This document shows positions 14,310 to 23,261 of a stretch of 64,000 nucleotides of DNA, piece after piece (position 1 is the stretch's first letter; each line of letters starts with the position of its first letter). Location of the stretch: positions 4,691-68,690 of the forward strand of contig CAYRUF010000018.1 in NCBI GenBank assembly GCA_964427375.1, in the 5' to 3' direction. The stretch comes from an uncultured Desulfatibacillum sp. (GTDB lineage: Bacteria > Desulfobacterota > Desulfobacteria > Desulfobacterales > SpSt-501). The notes under the pieces are model-generated. The model worked only from the letters and a program-made list of their open reading frames with translations, made no database searches and was not told where the DNA came from. The position numbers were made by a program, and so were the translations under genes.

Positions 14310-14585
14310 GTGAAACTGCTAGACATCCTGCGAACGGCCGCGCTGTTCCTGGTTGCGGCCGGACTTTTTGCGATGTCCTACGTGATCCATGACGCCATGG
14401 CCAAACACGGCCGATACGCTCCGGTCAGCTATGACGACGAGACGGTCGTCGTCATGGACACCCATACCGGACGCGTGTTCAGCGTGGAAAGCGAGGAGAC
14501 GGAAACGACCAGCCCGCGCAACGTCGTCTCCGCTGCCGACCACCGCCGGAGCCTCCTCCAAAGAAAGGCTGCTACGGCCCAATAA
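14310..14585 (+). CDS. Hypothetical small membrane-anchored protein (91 aa)
   Basis: It starts at a GTG preceded by GAGGAG and has one N-terminal TM segment (AALFLVAAGLFAMSYVI). I recognise no other motif. Confidence 0.45.
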   Translation: MKLLDILRTAALFLVAAGLFAMSYVIHDAMAKHGRYAPVSYDDETVVVMDTHTGRVFSVESEETETTSPRNVVSAADHRRSLLQRKAATAQ

Positions 14586-14782
14586 TGGAAACGGTCTCAA
14601 GTCCGGCAGCAACCATCTGAGGCGACGACTCCCCGCTGCCGGAATGCCCGGCAATCCCTCCGCCGCATTTTTTCGCATCAAGAAATTGCCGATTCGGTCG
14701 ATATATTCCTCGCCAAGATGCCTCTGTCGGAAGAGGACCAGGGCGCCATATATATCATACAACGCTCAAACAGAGGGTTTCG

Positions 14783-15781
14783 ATGCAAGTTGAATGCTCC
14801 GCCTGCAAAACCCGCTATCGGGTGAAGGAAAACTCCCTCCCGGCCGGCAGGGCTGTGCGATTGACGTGCAAGACCTGCCGGTTACCGATTCTGCTCGATG
14901 GAAAGCCGCTCCAGCAGGCAGAGGATCCGCCCCGCAGGGACGAATCGACGGCGCTGAAAGCCGAAATCACCCAGAGCATCAAGGATCTTCCGCCGATGCC
15001 GCAGGTGGTGGTGGAGATCCAGAATCAGCTGTCTCAGATGGACGTCAATATGCAGCAGGTGGCCAAGATGATCGAAACCGATCCGGGGATCACCTCCAAA
15101 GTCCTGCGGATCGCCAACTCCGCCTATTACGGGGCCAGCGGCAAAACCGCCACGATCACCCAGGCCTGCGTGATGCTGGGTCTCCGAGGACTGTCCGAAG
15201 TGGTGATGCTGGCCGGAAGCGAAAAAGTCCTCTCCGGCAAACTGCCCGGCTACGGATACGACGCCGGCGACCTCTGGAAGCATTCGCTCGCGGTGGCCTA
15301 CGGGTCAAAGATTCTGGCCAGCATGCGGGACCCTGGAATCAGCAGCGCGGCGCACACCGCCGGGCTGCTTCATGACATCGGCCGGATCATTCTGGACCCC
15401 TACGTCGTTGAGCGGAAAAGCCAATTCTTGGCGTACATGGAGGCTCAACAGAAGACATTCCTGGATGCTGAAATCGAGCATTTCGGTTTCAGCCACGCCG
15501 AGGTGGCCGCCGAAGTCTGCCAAGCCTGGAAATTTCCGGAATTCATGTCGAAGGCGATCCACTGGCATCACAACCCCGGGGGATCGAACGGCGATCTGCT
15601 CTCCTACATTCTGCACCTGGCGGACCACATCGCCCTGATGGGAGGCGTCGGATACGACGACGACGACATCCTGAACGAAGTCCAGAAAGACGCGATGTCC
15701 CTCCTGCGGTTGAAGCAGTCCGATCTGAGCGAAATTCTTTTTAAGGTCATGGAGTCGGTCAGCCAAGTCGGCGTGAGCTGA
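14783..15781 (+). CDS. HDOD domain protein with N-terminal MJ0042-type zinc ribbon
   Basis: The N-terminus has CSACKTRYRV...LTCKTCR (a CxxC...CxxC zinc ribbon). The HDOD region reads LPPMPQVVVEIQNQL...DPGITSKVLRIANSAYYG...GLLHDIGRIIL. Confidence 0.8.
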   Translation: MQVECSACKTRYRVKENSLPAGRAVRLTCKTCRLPILLDGKPLQQAEDPPRRDESTALKAEITQSIKDLPPMPQVVVEIQNQLSQMDVNMQQVAKMIETDPGITSKVLRIANSAYYGASGKTATITQACVMLGLRGLSEVVMLAGSEKVLSGKLPGYGYDAGDLWKHSLAVAYGSKILASMRDPGISSAAHTAGLLHDIGRIILDPYVVERKSQFLAYMEAQQKTFLDAEIEHFGFSHAEVAAEVCQAWKFPEFMSKAIHWHHNPGGSNGDLLSYILHLADHIALMGGVGYDDDDILNEVQKDAMSLLRLKQSDLSEILFKVMESVSQVGVS

Positions 15782-15858
15782 AGGCCGTCCCCGGACCGGC
15801 CCACCACGCCCGGGGAAAAAGCTTTGAGTTGCCGGCGCAATCGTGGTATGATAACATC

Positions 15859-16092
15859 ATGGAATTGGCGCTGAAACTCGTTTACTATCTTCTGGGATTC
15901 AACGCGGTCATCGTTGTCATGGCGCTCTCTTTCTACCTCCTGATCGGGCGTCGCCAGAAAATCAGGGTCGATTTCGAAGAATACCTGGCCAGCCTGCCCA
16001 GGGACACCGTCATCCGCGACCCGTATGTCCTGGTCGACGGCAAGTGGGTCCAATCGAACCCCTGCCCACCGAACCGCTCGCCCAACCCTTAG
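15859..16092 (+). CDS. Hypothetical small membrane protein (77 aa)
   Basis: It starts at ATG 15859 inside ORF 15829..16092 and has one TM segment (LVYYLLGFNAVIVVMALSFYLLI). There is no recognisable motif and the coding call is weak. Confidence 0.3.
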   Translation: MELALKLVYYLLGFNAVIVVMALSFYLLIGRRQKIRVDFEEYLASLPRDTVIRDPYVLVDGKWVQSNPCPPNRSPNP

Positions 16093-16220
16093 CCCGCCCG
16101 ACGCTTTCGACGCGATAATCAACGCTCCGCCTGCTTTCCGTGCCGGTTGAAAATCTCCGAACAATCCAGGATAATGCGAATCCATGCCGTTGCGATAAGG
16201 GAACGGCTTCACAGGTCGTC

Positions 16221-16808
16221 ATGGATTCGTCGAGACTGTTGAATGAAATAATTGCGGACCACGTCCGGCTGATCGACCGGATGGCACGGATCGACGGCAT
16301 CGAGCGGTCGGCCGAGCAGCTGGTGGAGACCTTGCGCCAGGGCCGTAAAATCCTAGTCTGCGGCAACGGCGGCAGCGCTGCGGACGCACAGCATTTTGCT
16401 GCCGAGTTGATCGGCGGTTTCGAAAGGCGGCGCGACCCGTTGCCGGCTTTGGCGCTGGCGGCCGACCCATCCGTTCTCACGGCGCTGGGGAACGACGACG
16501 GGTTCGAAAGGGTGTTCGCCAAGCAGGTCAGAGGATTAGGCGGCCCGGGCGATGCGCTGGTGGCTATCTCGACTTCCGGCCATTCCGGCAACGTGGTGGC
16601 CGCCGTTGAAGCCGCGAGAGCGCGTCACATGACGAGCATCGGGCTGCTGGGACATGATGGCGGACGGGTCGGCGCCCTTGTCGACATCGCCGTGGTGGTG
16701 CCGCACGCGGTGACGGCCAGGATCCAGGAGGTGCATCTCGTCATCCTGCACTTCTGGGCCGCCGTCATCGAGCGGCGGCTTTTTCCAGGAGGATGCGATG
16801 GCCGCTGA
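16221..16808 (+). CDS. gmhA: D-sedoheptulose-7-phosphate isomerase GmhA (SIS domain)
   Basis: ILVCGNGGSAADAQHFAAEL, LVAISTSGHSGNV and the IQEVHLVILH region are present. The start is at ATG 16221 and the protein is 195 aa. Confidence 0.88.
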   Translation: MDSSRLLNEIIADHVRLIDRMARIDGIERSAEQLVETLRQGRKILVCGNGGSAADAQHFAAELIGGFERRRDPLPALALAADPSVLTALGNDDGFERVFAKQVRGLGGPGDALVAISTSGHSGNVVAAVEAARARHMTSIGLLGHDGGRVGALVDIAVVVPHAVTARIQEVHLVILHFWAAVIERRLFPGGCDGR

Positions 16809-18336
16809 CTCCGAAATCGACGATCGAGGAGCCGGCGTGGCGATCCACGTCGACTGGAATGAATTCAACCGCCGGCACATCCTGGTCGTCGGCGACCTGA
16901 TGCTGGACCGCTACCTGTGGGGGGACGTCGAGCGGATCTCGCCGGAAGCGCCCGTGCCGGTGGTCCGCGTCGACCGTCGATCCGAATCCGCCGGGGGCGC
17001 CGGCAACGTGGCGTTCAACCTGGTCGGCCTGGGGGCGCGCGTGACATTGGTAGGCGTCCGCGGCGCCGATGAGGCCGGTCTCCGGCTGCGCGAGCTGATG
17101 CGCCGGCCGGGCATCCGGGATCTCAGCATCGAGTGCTCCGATCGGCCGACGATCACCAAGACCCGGATCGTCTCCGGCGGCCAGCAGCTCCTGCGGCTGG
17201 ACGAGGAGCAGATCCGACCCGTCGGCCCGGAGGTCGTGCAGGCGGCCGTCCGGCGCATCGGCGCGGCCGTTGAAGCGGCCGACGCCATCGTGCTCTCCGA
17301 CTACGGCAAGGGCATGCTTCAGTCGTCCGATCTCTGCGGCGCCGCCGTCCGGGTCGCCCAAGCGCGCAGCATCCCGATCCTGGCGGACCCGAAGGGCCGG
17401 GACTGGGAGCGCTACCGGGGCGCTACCTGCCTGACGCCCAACCGCCGCGAGATCGAAGTCTTCGACGGGGCGCCGATCGAGAGCGACGATCGGCTGGCGG
17501 CCGTCATGCAGCGGACCATCGGCCGACTCGGGCTCTCCCGGCTGCTGGTGACGCAGGGTGCCTCCGGCATGTGCCTGATGGGCGCGGACGGCGTGCCGCT
17601 GTTCATCCCGACCCGCGCGCGGCAGGTCTATGACGTTTCCGGCGCCGGCGACACCGTCGTTGCGACCTTGACCCTGGCCGTCGCCGCCGGGGTCGGCTTC
17701 GCGGATGCGGCCCGGCTGGCGAACCTGGCGGCCGGGGTCGTGGTCGCCAAGGTGGGGACCCAGCCGATCAACCGGATCGAACTCGAGGCTGCGCTGCGCG
17801 CCCACGGAGCGGCAACGGGCTCCGGTTCCCGCGCCAAAGTGGCCGCTTGGGATGCCGCTCTCGTCCAAGTCGATGCCTGGCGGGCGAAGAGCGAAACGAT
17901 CGTGTTCACGAACGGCTGCTTCGACCTGCTGCACCCGGGCCATATCCACCTGCTGCGCCGGGCTCGGGAGCTCGGCCGGCGCTTGGTGGTGGGACTCAAT
18001 GCGGACGCCTCGGTGAAGCGGTTGAAGGGGCCCGGCCGGCCGATTCTCAACGAGCGCGACCGCGCTGCGATACTGGGGGCGCTCGACTGTGTCGACCTGG
18101 TGGTACTCTTCGACGAGGACACGCCCGAGCGCTTGATTGCGCGGTTGAGGCCCGACGTCCTCGTCAAAGGCGCCGACTACCGGCCGGATCAGGTGGTCGG
18201 GCGCGGGATCGTCGAATCCTATGGCGGAAGCGTGCAGTTGATCGAGTTGCTCGACGGATACAGCACCACCGGAATCGCCCGCAAGCTGCGGCAGGCCGCA
18301 TCCGGCGGATCGGCGGAGCCACCGCAGCGGAGCTGA
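16798..18336 (+). CDS. hldE: Bifunctional D-beta-D-heptose 7-phosphate kinase / heptose 1-phosphate adenylyltransferase HldE (RfaE)
   Basis: An N-terminal PfkB-type kinase (GGAGNVAFNL, DVSGAGDTVVA) is fused to a C-terminal cytidylyltransferase (FTNGCFDLLHPGHIHLL). It overlaps the gmhA stop by 11 nt. Confidence 0.92.
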   Translation: MAADSEIDDRGAGVAIHVDWNEFNRRHILVVGDLMLDRYLWGDVERISPEAPVPVVRVDRRSESAGGAGNVAFNLVGLGARVTLVGVRGADEAGLRLRELMRRPGIRDLSIECSDRPTITKTRIVSGGQQLLRLDEEQIRPVGPEVVQAAVRRIGAAVEAADAIVLSDYGKGMLQSSDLCGAAVRVAQARSIPILADPKGRDWERYRGATCLTPNRREIEVFDGAPIESDDRLAAVMQRTIGRLGLSRLLVTQGASGMCLMGADGVPLFIPTRARQVYDVSGAGDTVVATLTLAVAAGVGFADAARLANLAAGVVVAKVGTQPINRIELEAALRAHGAATGSGSRAKVAAWDAALVQVDAWRAKSETIVFTNGCFDLLHPGHIHLLRRARELGRRLVVGLNADASVKRLKGPGRPILNERDRAAILGALDCVDLVVLFDEDTPERLIARLRPDVLVKGADYRPDQVVGRGIVESYGGSVQLIELLDGYSTTGIARKLRQAASGGSAEPPQRS

Positions 18337-18462
18337 GGGTTTCCGGCGGCCAAGCGGCATCGCGGATGTCCGGCCGCGTTGCCATGCCTGGTACCGGCCG
18401 AACCGTCAGCTCGGATGGGTTCCTGGCGCGCACTGGCCTGGGCGGCGTCAGCCCCGCCCGGG

Positions 18463-18486
18463 CAGCGGGCCGGGCCGCTGATTTTT
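18463..18486 (+). terminator. Candidate intrinsic terminator downstream of hldE
   Basis: The hairpin is CAGCGG / loop GCCGGG / CCGCTG, followed by ATTTTT. Confidence 0.4.
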
Positions 18487-18713
18487 GCCGTTCCACCAGC
18501 GTGCCGCCCGGGGCAGCGCCCGGCAATAGCTGCCGGGCCGTCGATTATCCATCAGCTCATGCCCGGATGACATGCATTCAGGTTGCGGCTGAATTCTTCT
18601 CTTCACGCCTTGATCGGCCTAGCGAATTGACATATCCTGCCTGTGCATCCAGAAGGGATTGCAACCATACCCCGTCCCGGCGGCCGATTCCCCGGCCGTG
18701 AAAGGAGGAGCAA

Positions 18714-19277
18714 ATGCATCAACTGGGATTGGTCCTGTTTTGCTGGCTTGCGGTGGGCTGTATCCAGAACACTTACAACATCACGCCTGAATTTCACAGC
18801 AGCGGATCGGTGAATATCGACAGCCGCGTCGATGCCGACGACCCGCGGGTCACCGTGACCGTCGACGACGTCACCATGGATTGGAAGGAACTAAAGGAGA
18901 TGGTCGAAAAGAAGATGGCGGCCATGCCCAAAGAGGCTCCGGAGAAGACTCTGCTCGGCGCCGCCTCTGCGCCTGCGACCGCAGCACCGCCGGATCCCAA
19001 GGTTGTGCCGCCGCCTTCACCAGAGCCGGCCCGGATGACCCATTCGGTTCAGGTCGGGGCCTATCGCCAGCTCGAAAACGCCGAGCAGCAGGTTTCGAAA
19101 CTCGCATCCAAGGGCTACCCCGCCCGGATGGTCCGGTTCGAGGACTCCCGGAAGCGGACCTGGTACACGGTGCGCATCGGGGACTTCCCCGATGCGACAG
19201 CGGCGCGGAGCGCGGCGGACGAGTTCACCTACCGCGAACGGATGCCGAGCGCGGTGCGGCCGATCGGAAGCCTTTGA
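18714..19277 (+). CDS. SPOR-domain lipoprotein
   Basis: The signal peptide has a lipobox (LAVGC). A Pro/Ala-rich linker follows, then a C-terminal SPOR-like domain (HSVQVGAYRQLENAEQQVSKLASKGYPARMV...WYTVRIGDF). A GGAGGAG RBS is present. Confidence 0.8.
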   Translation: MHQLGLVLFCWLAVGCIQNTYNITPEFHSSGSVNIDSRVDADDPRVTVTVDDVTMDWKELKEMVEKKMAAMPKEAPEKTLLGAASAPATAAPPDPKVVPPPSPEPARMTHSVQVGAYRQLENAEQQVSKLASKGYPARMVRFEDSRKRTWYTVRIGDFPDATAARSAADEFTYRERMPSAVRPIGSL

Positions 19278-19301
19278 ACCCGGTCTTGTTTTGAATGACC
19301 T

Positions 19302-19341
19302 GCCGCTTGTGCTTGTCCGCATGCGCAAGCGGCTTTTTTTT
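19302..19341 (+). terminator. Intrinsic terminator after the SPOR gene
   Basis: The hairpin pairs GCCGCTTG with CAAGCGGC and is followed by a run of 8 T (19334-19341). Confidence 0.7.
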
Positions 19342-19361
19342 GATACAAAACGATCCATTTA

Positions 19362-19378
19362 TGAAACTCATTGTTTCA
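19362..19378. promoter_or_regulatory. Palindromic operator/UAS candidate TGAAAC-N5-GTTTCA upstream of tcuA
   Basis: This is a perfect 6+6 inverted repeat in an AT-rich patch, about 85 nt upstream of the -24 element candidate. The same GAAAC-N5-GTTTC core recurs at 26548-26562. Confidence 0.4.
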
Positions 19379-19452
19379 ATGACATCATCATGTCGAACCG
19401 GCCTAAAACTATTCAAATTGATATTTCAATTAGTTAGCAGGCTGGAGCGCCC

Positions 19453-19468
19453 TGGTACGATGTTGGCA
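19453..19468 (+). promoter_or_regulatory. Sigma-54 (-24/-12) promoter candidate for tcuAB
   Basis: TGGTAC-GATGT-TGGC keeps the invariant GG-N10-GC spacing, with two deviations from TGGCAC-N5-TTGC. It is about 57 nt upstream of the tcuA ATG. Confidence 0.45.
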
Positions 19469-19524
19469 GAGCCTTGGTTCTATCGAACTCCAGTTGGTCA
19501 TGCCAATCCATCAAGGTGACTGCG

Positions 19525-20958
19525 ATGAAACCTGAAGATTCTGCGGTGCCGAACCTCTCCCGGGTATACGACGTGCTCGTCGTCGGCGGCGGCAACGCGG
19601 CGTTGTGTGCGGCCATGACCGCCCGGGAAGCGGGCGCGAGCGTGCTGCTGCTCGAAAGCTCGCCCCGGGAATTCCGGGGCGGCAACAGCCGCCACACGCG
19701 CAACCTGCGCTATTTCCACGACAGCGGCAACCGGCACTTGACCGGGCCTTACCTCGAGGACGAGTTCTGGAACGACCTGCTGCTGGTGACCAAAGGCCGG
19801 ACCAACGAGGATCTGGCCCGCTTCGCCATCCGCGAGTCCAAGAACATCGGGATGTGGATGGAACAGCACGGCTGCCGGTTCCAACCCGCCATGCGCGGAA
19901 CCCTGCATCTGGCCCGCACGAACGCCTTCTTCCTGGGGGGCGGCAAGGCCCTCATGAACGCCTACTACGCGACCGCCGAGCGCCTGGGGGTGGCGATCCT
20001 CTACGAGGCCACCGTCGAGGATCTCGAGATCCGCGAGGGTCTCTTCGCCTCGGCGGCGTTCGATCACCGCGGGGTCCGGCGCACGGCCCGGGCCCGGGCC
20101 GTGGTGCTCGCCTCCGGCGGCTACCAGGCCAACCTGGAGTGGCTGAAGCAGTCCTGGGGGCCGCCGGCCGAGAATTTCATCATTCGGGGCACCCCGTACG
20201 ACAAGGGCCGTATGCTGCGGGTGATGCTGGACCAGGGCGCGCAGCCGGTCGGCGACCCGCGGCAGGGCCATGCGGTCGCGATCGACGCCCGGGCGCCCAA
20301 GTTCGACGGGGGCATCGTCACGCGTCTGGACTGCGTGCCGTTCGGGATCGTCGTCAACCGCGACGCCCGGCGGTTCTACGACGAGGGCGAGGAGTTCTGG
20401 CCCAAGCGCTACGCCATCTGGGGGCGGCTCGTCGCGCAGCAGCCGGATCAGATCGCCTACTGTCTCATCGACGCCAAATCGATCGACCTGTTCATGCCCT
20501 CGGTGTTTCCGCCGATCGAGGCCGGCTCCATCGGCGAGATGGCGCTCCGGCTGAAGCTCGATCCGGCCGCACTGGTCGACACCGTGCAGGCCTTCAACGC
20601 CGCCACCCGGCCGGGCGCCTTCGACCCGGCCGCGCTGGACGGTTGCAGGACGGAGGGGATCGAGCCGGCCAAAAGCCACTGGGCGCGGCCCCTGGACACC
20701 CCGCCGTTCTACGCCTATCCCCTGCGTCCCGGGATCACGTTCACCTACCTGAGTCTGACCGTGAACCGGCGGGCCCAGGTGATCCTGCAGGGCGGTGCGC
20801 CGGCGGAGAATATTTTCGCGGCGGGCGAGATCATGTCCGGCAACATTCTGGGCCAGGGCTACATGGCCGGCTTCGGGATGACCATCGGCACGGTGTTCGG
20901 CCGGATCGCCGGAAAGGAGTCGGTGCGCTATGTCGTCGAGCGTCTTAAAAGAAGCTGA
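19525..20958 (+). CDS. tcuA: FAD-dependent tricarballylate dehydrogenase TcuA
   Basis: YDVLVVGGGNAALCAAMTAREAGASVLLLESSPREFRGGNSRHTRNLR and HLARTNAFFLGGGKALMNAYY closely resemble Salmonella TcuA as I remember it. The start is at ATG 19525. Confidence 0.88.
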   Translation: MKPEDSAVPNLSRVYDVLVVGGGNAALCAAMTAREAGASVLLLESSPREFRGGNSRHTRNLRYFHDSGNRHLTGPYLEDEFWNDLLLVTKGRTNEDLARFAIRESKNIGMWMEQHGCRFQPAMRGTLHLARTNAFFLGGGKALMNAYYATAERLGVAILYEATVEDLEIREGLFASAAFDHRGVRRTARARAVVLASGGYQANLEWLKQSWGPPAENFIIRGTPYDKGRMLRVMLDQGAQPVGDPRQGHAVAIDARAPKFDGGIVTRLDCVPFGIVVNRDARRFYDEGEEFWPKRYAIWGRLVAQQPDQIAYCLIDAKSIDLFMPSVFPPIEAGSIGEMALRLKLDPAALVDTVQAFNAATRPGAFDPAALDGCRTEGIEPAKSHWARPLDTPPFYAYPLRPGITFTYLSLTVNRRAQVILQGGAPAENIFAAGEIMSGNILGQGYMAGFGMTIGTVFGRIAGKESVRYVVERLKRS

Positions 20959-22030
20959 TCGGGTGATGACCATCTGCAACGCCTGCCGCTACTGCGAGGG
21001 GTTCTGTGCGGTGTTTCCGGCCATGGAGCTGCGCCGGACCTTCACGGCGGCCGATCTCAACTACTTCGCCCATCTCTGCCACAACTGCCGCGGCTGCTAC
21101 TATGCCTGCCAGTACGCACCGCCGCACGAGTTCGACCTGAACGTGCCGAGGGCGCTGGGCGAGCTCCGGCTCGCGACCTACGCGCAGTTCAGCTGGCCCT
21201 CGGCGCTGAAGGGGATGTTCCCGAACAACGGCTGGGTGGTGGGGCTGGCGGCCGCGCTGAGCGTGGCGCTCGTCATGCTGCTGACCCTGCTTTTCAAGGG
21301 CCATGCGGCTTTTTTCGGGGTTCATACGGGCGCCGGCGCCTTCTACCGGGTGGTGCCCTACGCGGCCATCCTGCTGCCGTTCACGGCCCTGGGGGTCTTC
21401 ATTCTCTTCAGCCTCTGGAAAGGGGCCGCCAACCTCTGGCGCGCAACCGGCGGGCAGCCGTTGGAGCTGCGCGATCTGAAAGCGCACCGCCAGGCGGTCT
21501 GGGACGTGCTGCGGCTGCGCTACCTCGAGGGCGGGGGCGACGGGTGCAACTATCCGGGCGAGCGCTTCAGCATGACCCGGCGTTATTTCCACCACGCCGT
21601 CTTCTACGGATTCATGCTGTGCCTGGCGTCCACGACCATCGCCTTCTTCTACGACCATTTCCTGGGCCGGCCGGCGCCGTACCCCTTCTGGAGCTGGCCG
21701 GTGGTCCTGGGGACCGTGGGCGGTCTGGCGCTGCTCGCCGGCAGCGGCGGGATGCTCTATCTGAAGAAGCGCATGGACCGGGCGCCGGCCTCGCCGGAGG
21801 GCTTCGGCATGGACATCGCCTTTACGGCGCTGCTCTTTCTGACCAGCCTCACGGGGATGCTGGTGCTCATGTTCCGGGAGACGGCCGCCATGGGCACCCT
21901 CCTGACGATCCACCTCGGCTTCGTGCTGGGGCTCTTCGTGAGCATGCCCTACGGCAAGTTCCTGCACGCCGTCTACCGGTATGCGGCCCTGGTCCGCAAT
22001 GCGCTGGAGCAGAAGCGCGGAGGGGTTTAG
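20930..22030 (+). CDS. tcuB: Tricarballylate utilization 4Fe-4S membrane protein TcuB
   Basis: Two Cys clusters are present (CNACRYCEGFCAVFP and CHNCRGCYYACQYAPPHEF), followed by multiple TM helices. The start is either 20930 (29-nt overlap with tcuA) or ATG 20966. Confidence 0.85.
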   Translation: MSSSVLKEADRVMTICNACRYCEGFCAVFPAMELRRTFTAADLNYFAHLCHNCRGCYYACQYAPPHEFDLNVPRALGELRLATYAQFSWPSALKGMFPNNGWVVGLAAALSVALVMLLTLLFKGHAAFFGVHTGAGAFYRVVPYAAILLPFTALGVFILFSLWKGAANLWRATGGQPLELRDLKAHRQAVWDVLRLRYLEGGGDGCNYPGERFSMTRRYFHHAVFYGFMLCLASTTIAFFYDHFLGRPAPYPFWSWPVVLGTVGGLALLAGSGGMLYLKKRMDRAPASPEGFGMDIAFTALLFLTSLTGMLVLMFRETAAMGTLLTIHLGFVLGLFVSMPYGKFLHAVYRYAALVRNALEQKRGGV

Positions 22031-22178
22031 CGGGTCCCTGCGGCCATTGGCGAGGTGCCCGCCGATGGAGTGTTTCCCCTGTGGGAGCGGCTTCCAGCCA
22101 CGATCGCATCGCGGCAAGATGCCGCTCCCCCAAATAAGCGCCGTTCCGACCTGCTGCCCCCAAAAACCACCGAGACCC

Positions 22179-23261
22179 TTACCGCCCCCGCAGGGCCTCC
22201 TTCACGGCCTTGGCGACGAGCGGCGGGCCGCCGGTCACCGCGCCACCGGGCCGGAAGGAGAGGCGGCCCTGGGCATAGACCCGCCAGAGAGCAGCGGCGA
22301 TCATTTCGGCGGCCCCCGCTTCACCGAGGTGCGAGAGCATCATGGCCGCGGACAGGATCTGGGAGACGGGGTTCGCCAGGCGGCGGCCGGCGATGTCCGG
22401 CGCCGACCCGTGGATCGGCTCAAAGTAGGCGAGGCGCCCGCCGATATTGGCCGACGGGCACATCCCCAGGCCGCCGATGGTGGCGCCGCCGAGATCGCTC
22501 AGGATGTCGCCGAACAGGTTTTCGGTCACGATCACCTGGAAGTGATGGGGGCGGCTGACCAGCGCGGCCGCGGCGGCATCGACGTACAGGCATTCGGCCG
22601 CCACCTCCGGAAATTCTCCGGCCACTTTAAGGAAAATGCGGCGGAAGAAGGCAAAGGAGCGCAGCACGTTGCTCTTGTCGACGAGCGTGACCCGCCGGCG
22701 GCCGTCTTCCGGGGCGCCGCGCTTTTTCTCCAGGGCCGCTTTGAACGCAAACCGGGCGATGCGCTCGCAGCCGCGGGCGGTCAGGAGCAGGCTGTCCGTG
22801 GCTGCCTGGGGCGTCACCAGGCCCGCGCCCCGCGAGAGGTAGAGCCCCTCGGTGTTTTCGCGCACGATCACGTAGTCGATGTCGTCCGGCCCACGGCCGG
22901 ACAGCGGCGTGCCGGCATTCGGGTATAGTCGGATCGGCCTCACGTTGGCGTACAGATCGAACCCCACCCGCAGAATGCCGCCCAGGAGGCCGGCCTCGGT
23001 GCCGTCCGGTTGGCGCACGTCCGGCAGCCCCACCGGCCCCTTCAGAGTGGCGTCGGCCGTGCGAAAGGCCTCCAGGGCCTGCGCCGAGATGGCCTCGCCG
23101 GTGTCCCGGTAGCAGCCGGCGCCGGCCGGGTGATATTCGTAAGTCAGCGAAAACCCGCCGGAGAGCTCCTGAACCGCCTCGAGGACGTCTACGGCGGCGT
23201 CCACGATTTCAGGGCCGATCCCGTCGCCGGGCAGGACCAGGATGCGATAGGTCTTTTTCAT
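22179..23261 (-). CDS. Isocitrate/isopropylmalate dehydrogenase family oxidative decarboxylase (tartrate/IPM/homoisocitrate dehydrogenase-like)
   Basis: Family motifs are ILVLPGDGIGPEI, VRENTEGLY, NLFGDILSDLGG and HGSAPDIAG. Its start codon overlaps the stop of the upstream PrpF-family gene (ATGA). Confidence 0.85.
   Translation of the reverse strand: MKKTYRILVLPGDGIGPEIVDAAVDVLEAVQELSGGFSLTYEYHPAGAGCYRDTGEAISAQALEAFRTADATLKGPVGLPDVRQPDGTEAGLLGGILRVGFDLYANVRPIRLYPNAGTPLSGRGPDDIDYVIVRENTEGLYLSRGAGLVTPQAATDSLLLTARGCERIARFAFKAALEKKRGAPEDGRRRVTLVDKSNVLRSFAFFRRIFLKVAGEFPEVAAECLYVDAAAAALVSRPHHFQVIVTENLFGDILSDLGGATIGGLGMCPSANIGGRLAYFEPIHGSAPDIAGRRLANPVSQILSAAMMLSHLGEAGAAEMIAAALWRVYAQGRLSFRPGGAVTGGPPLVAKAVKEALRGR

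Noticed and set aside
22083-22129. The hairpin GGGAGCGGC...GCCGCTCCC between the convergent tcuB and dehydrogenase genes, considered as a terminator.
   Set aside because: The loop is long (29 nt) and no U-run is present on either strand. That is too weak to call.
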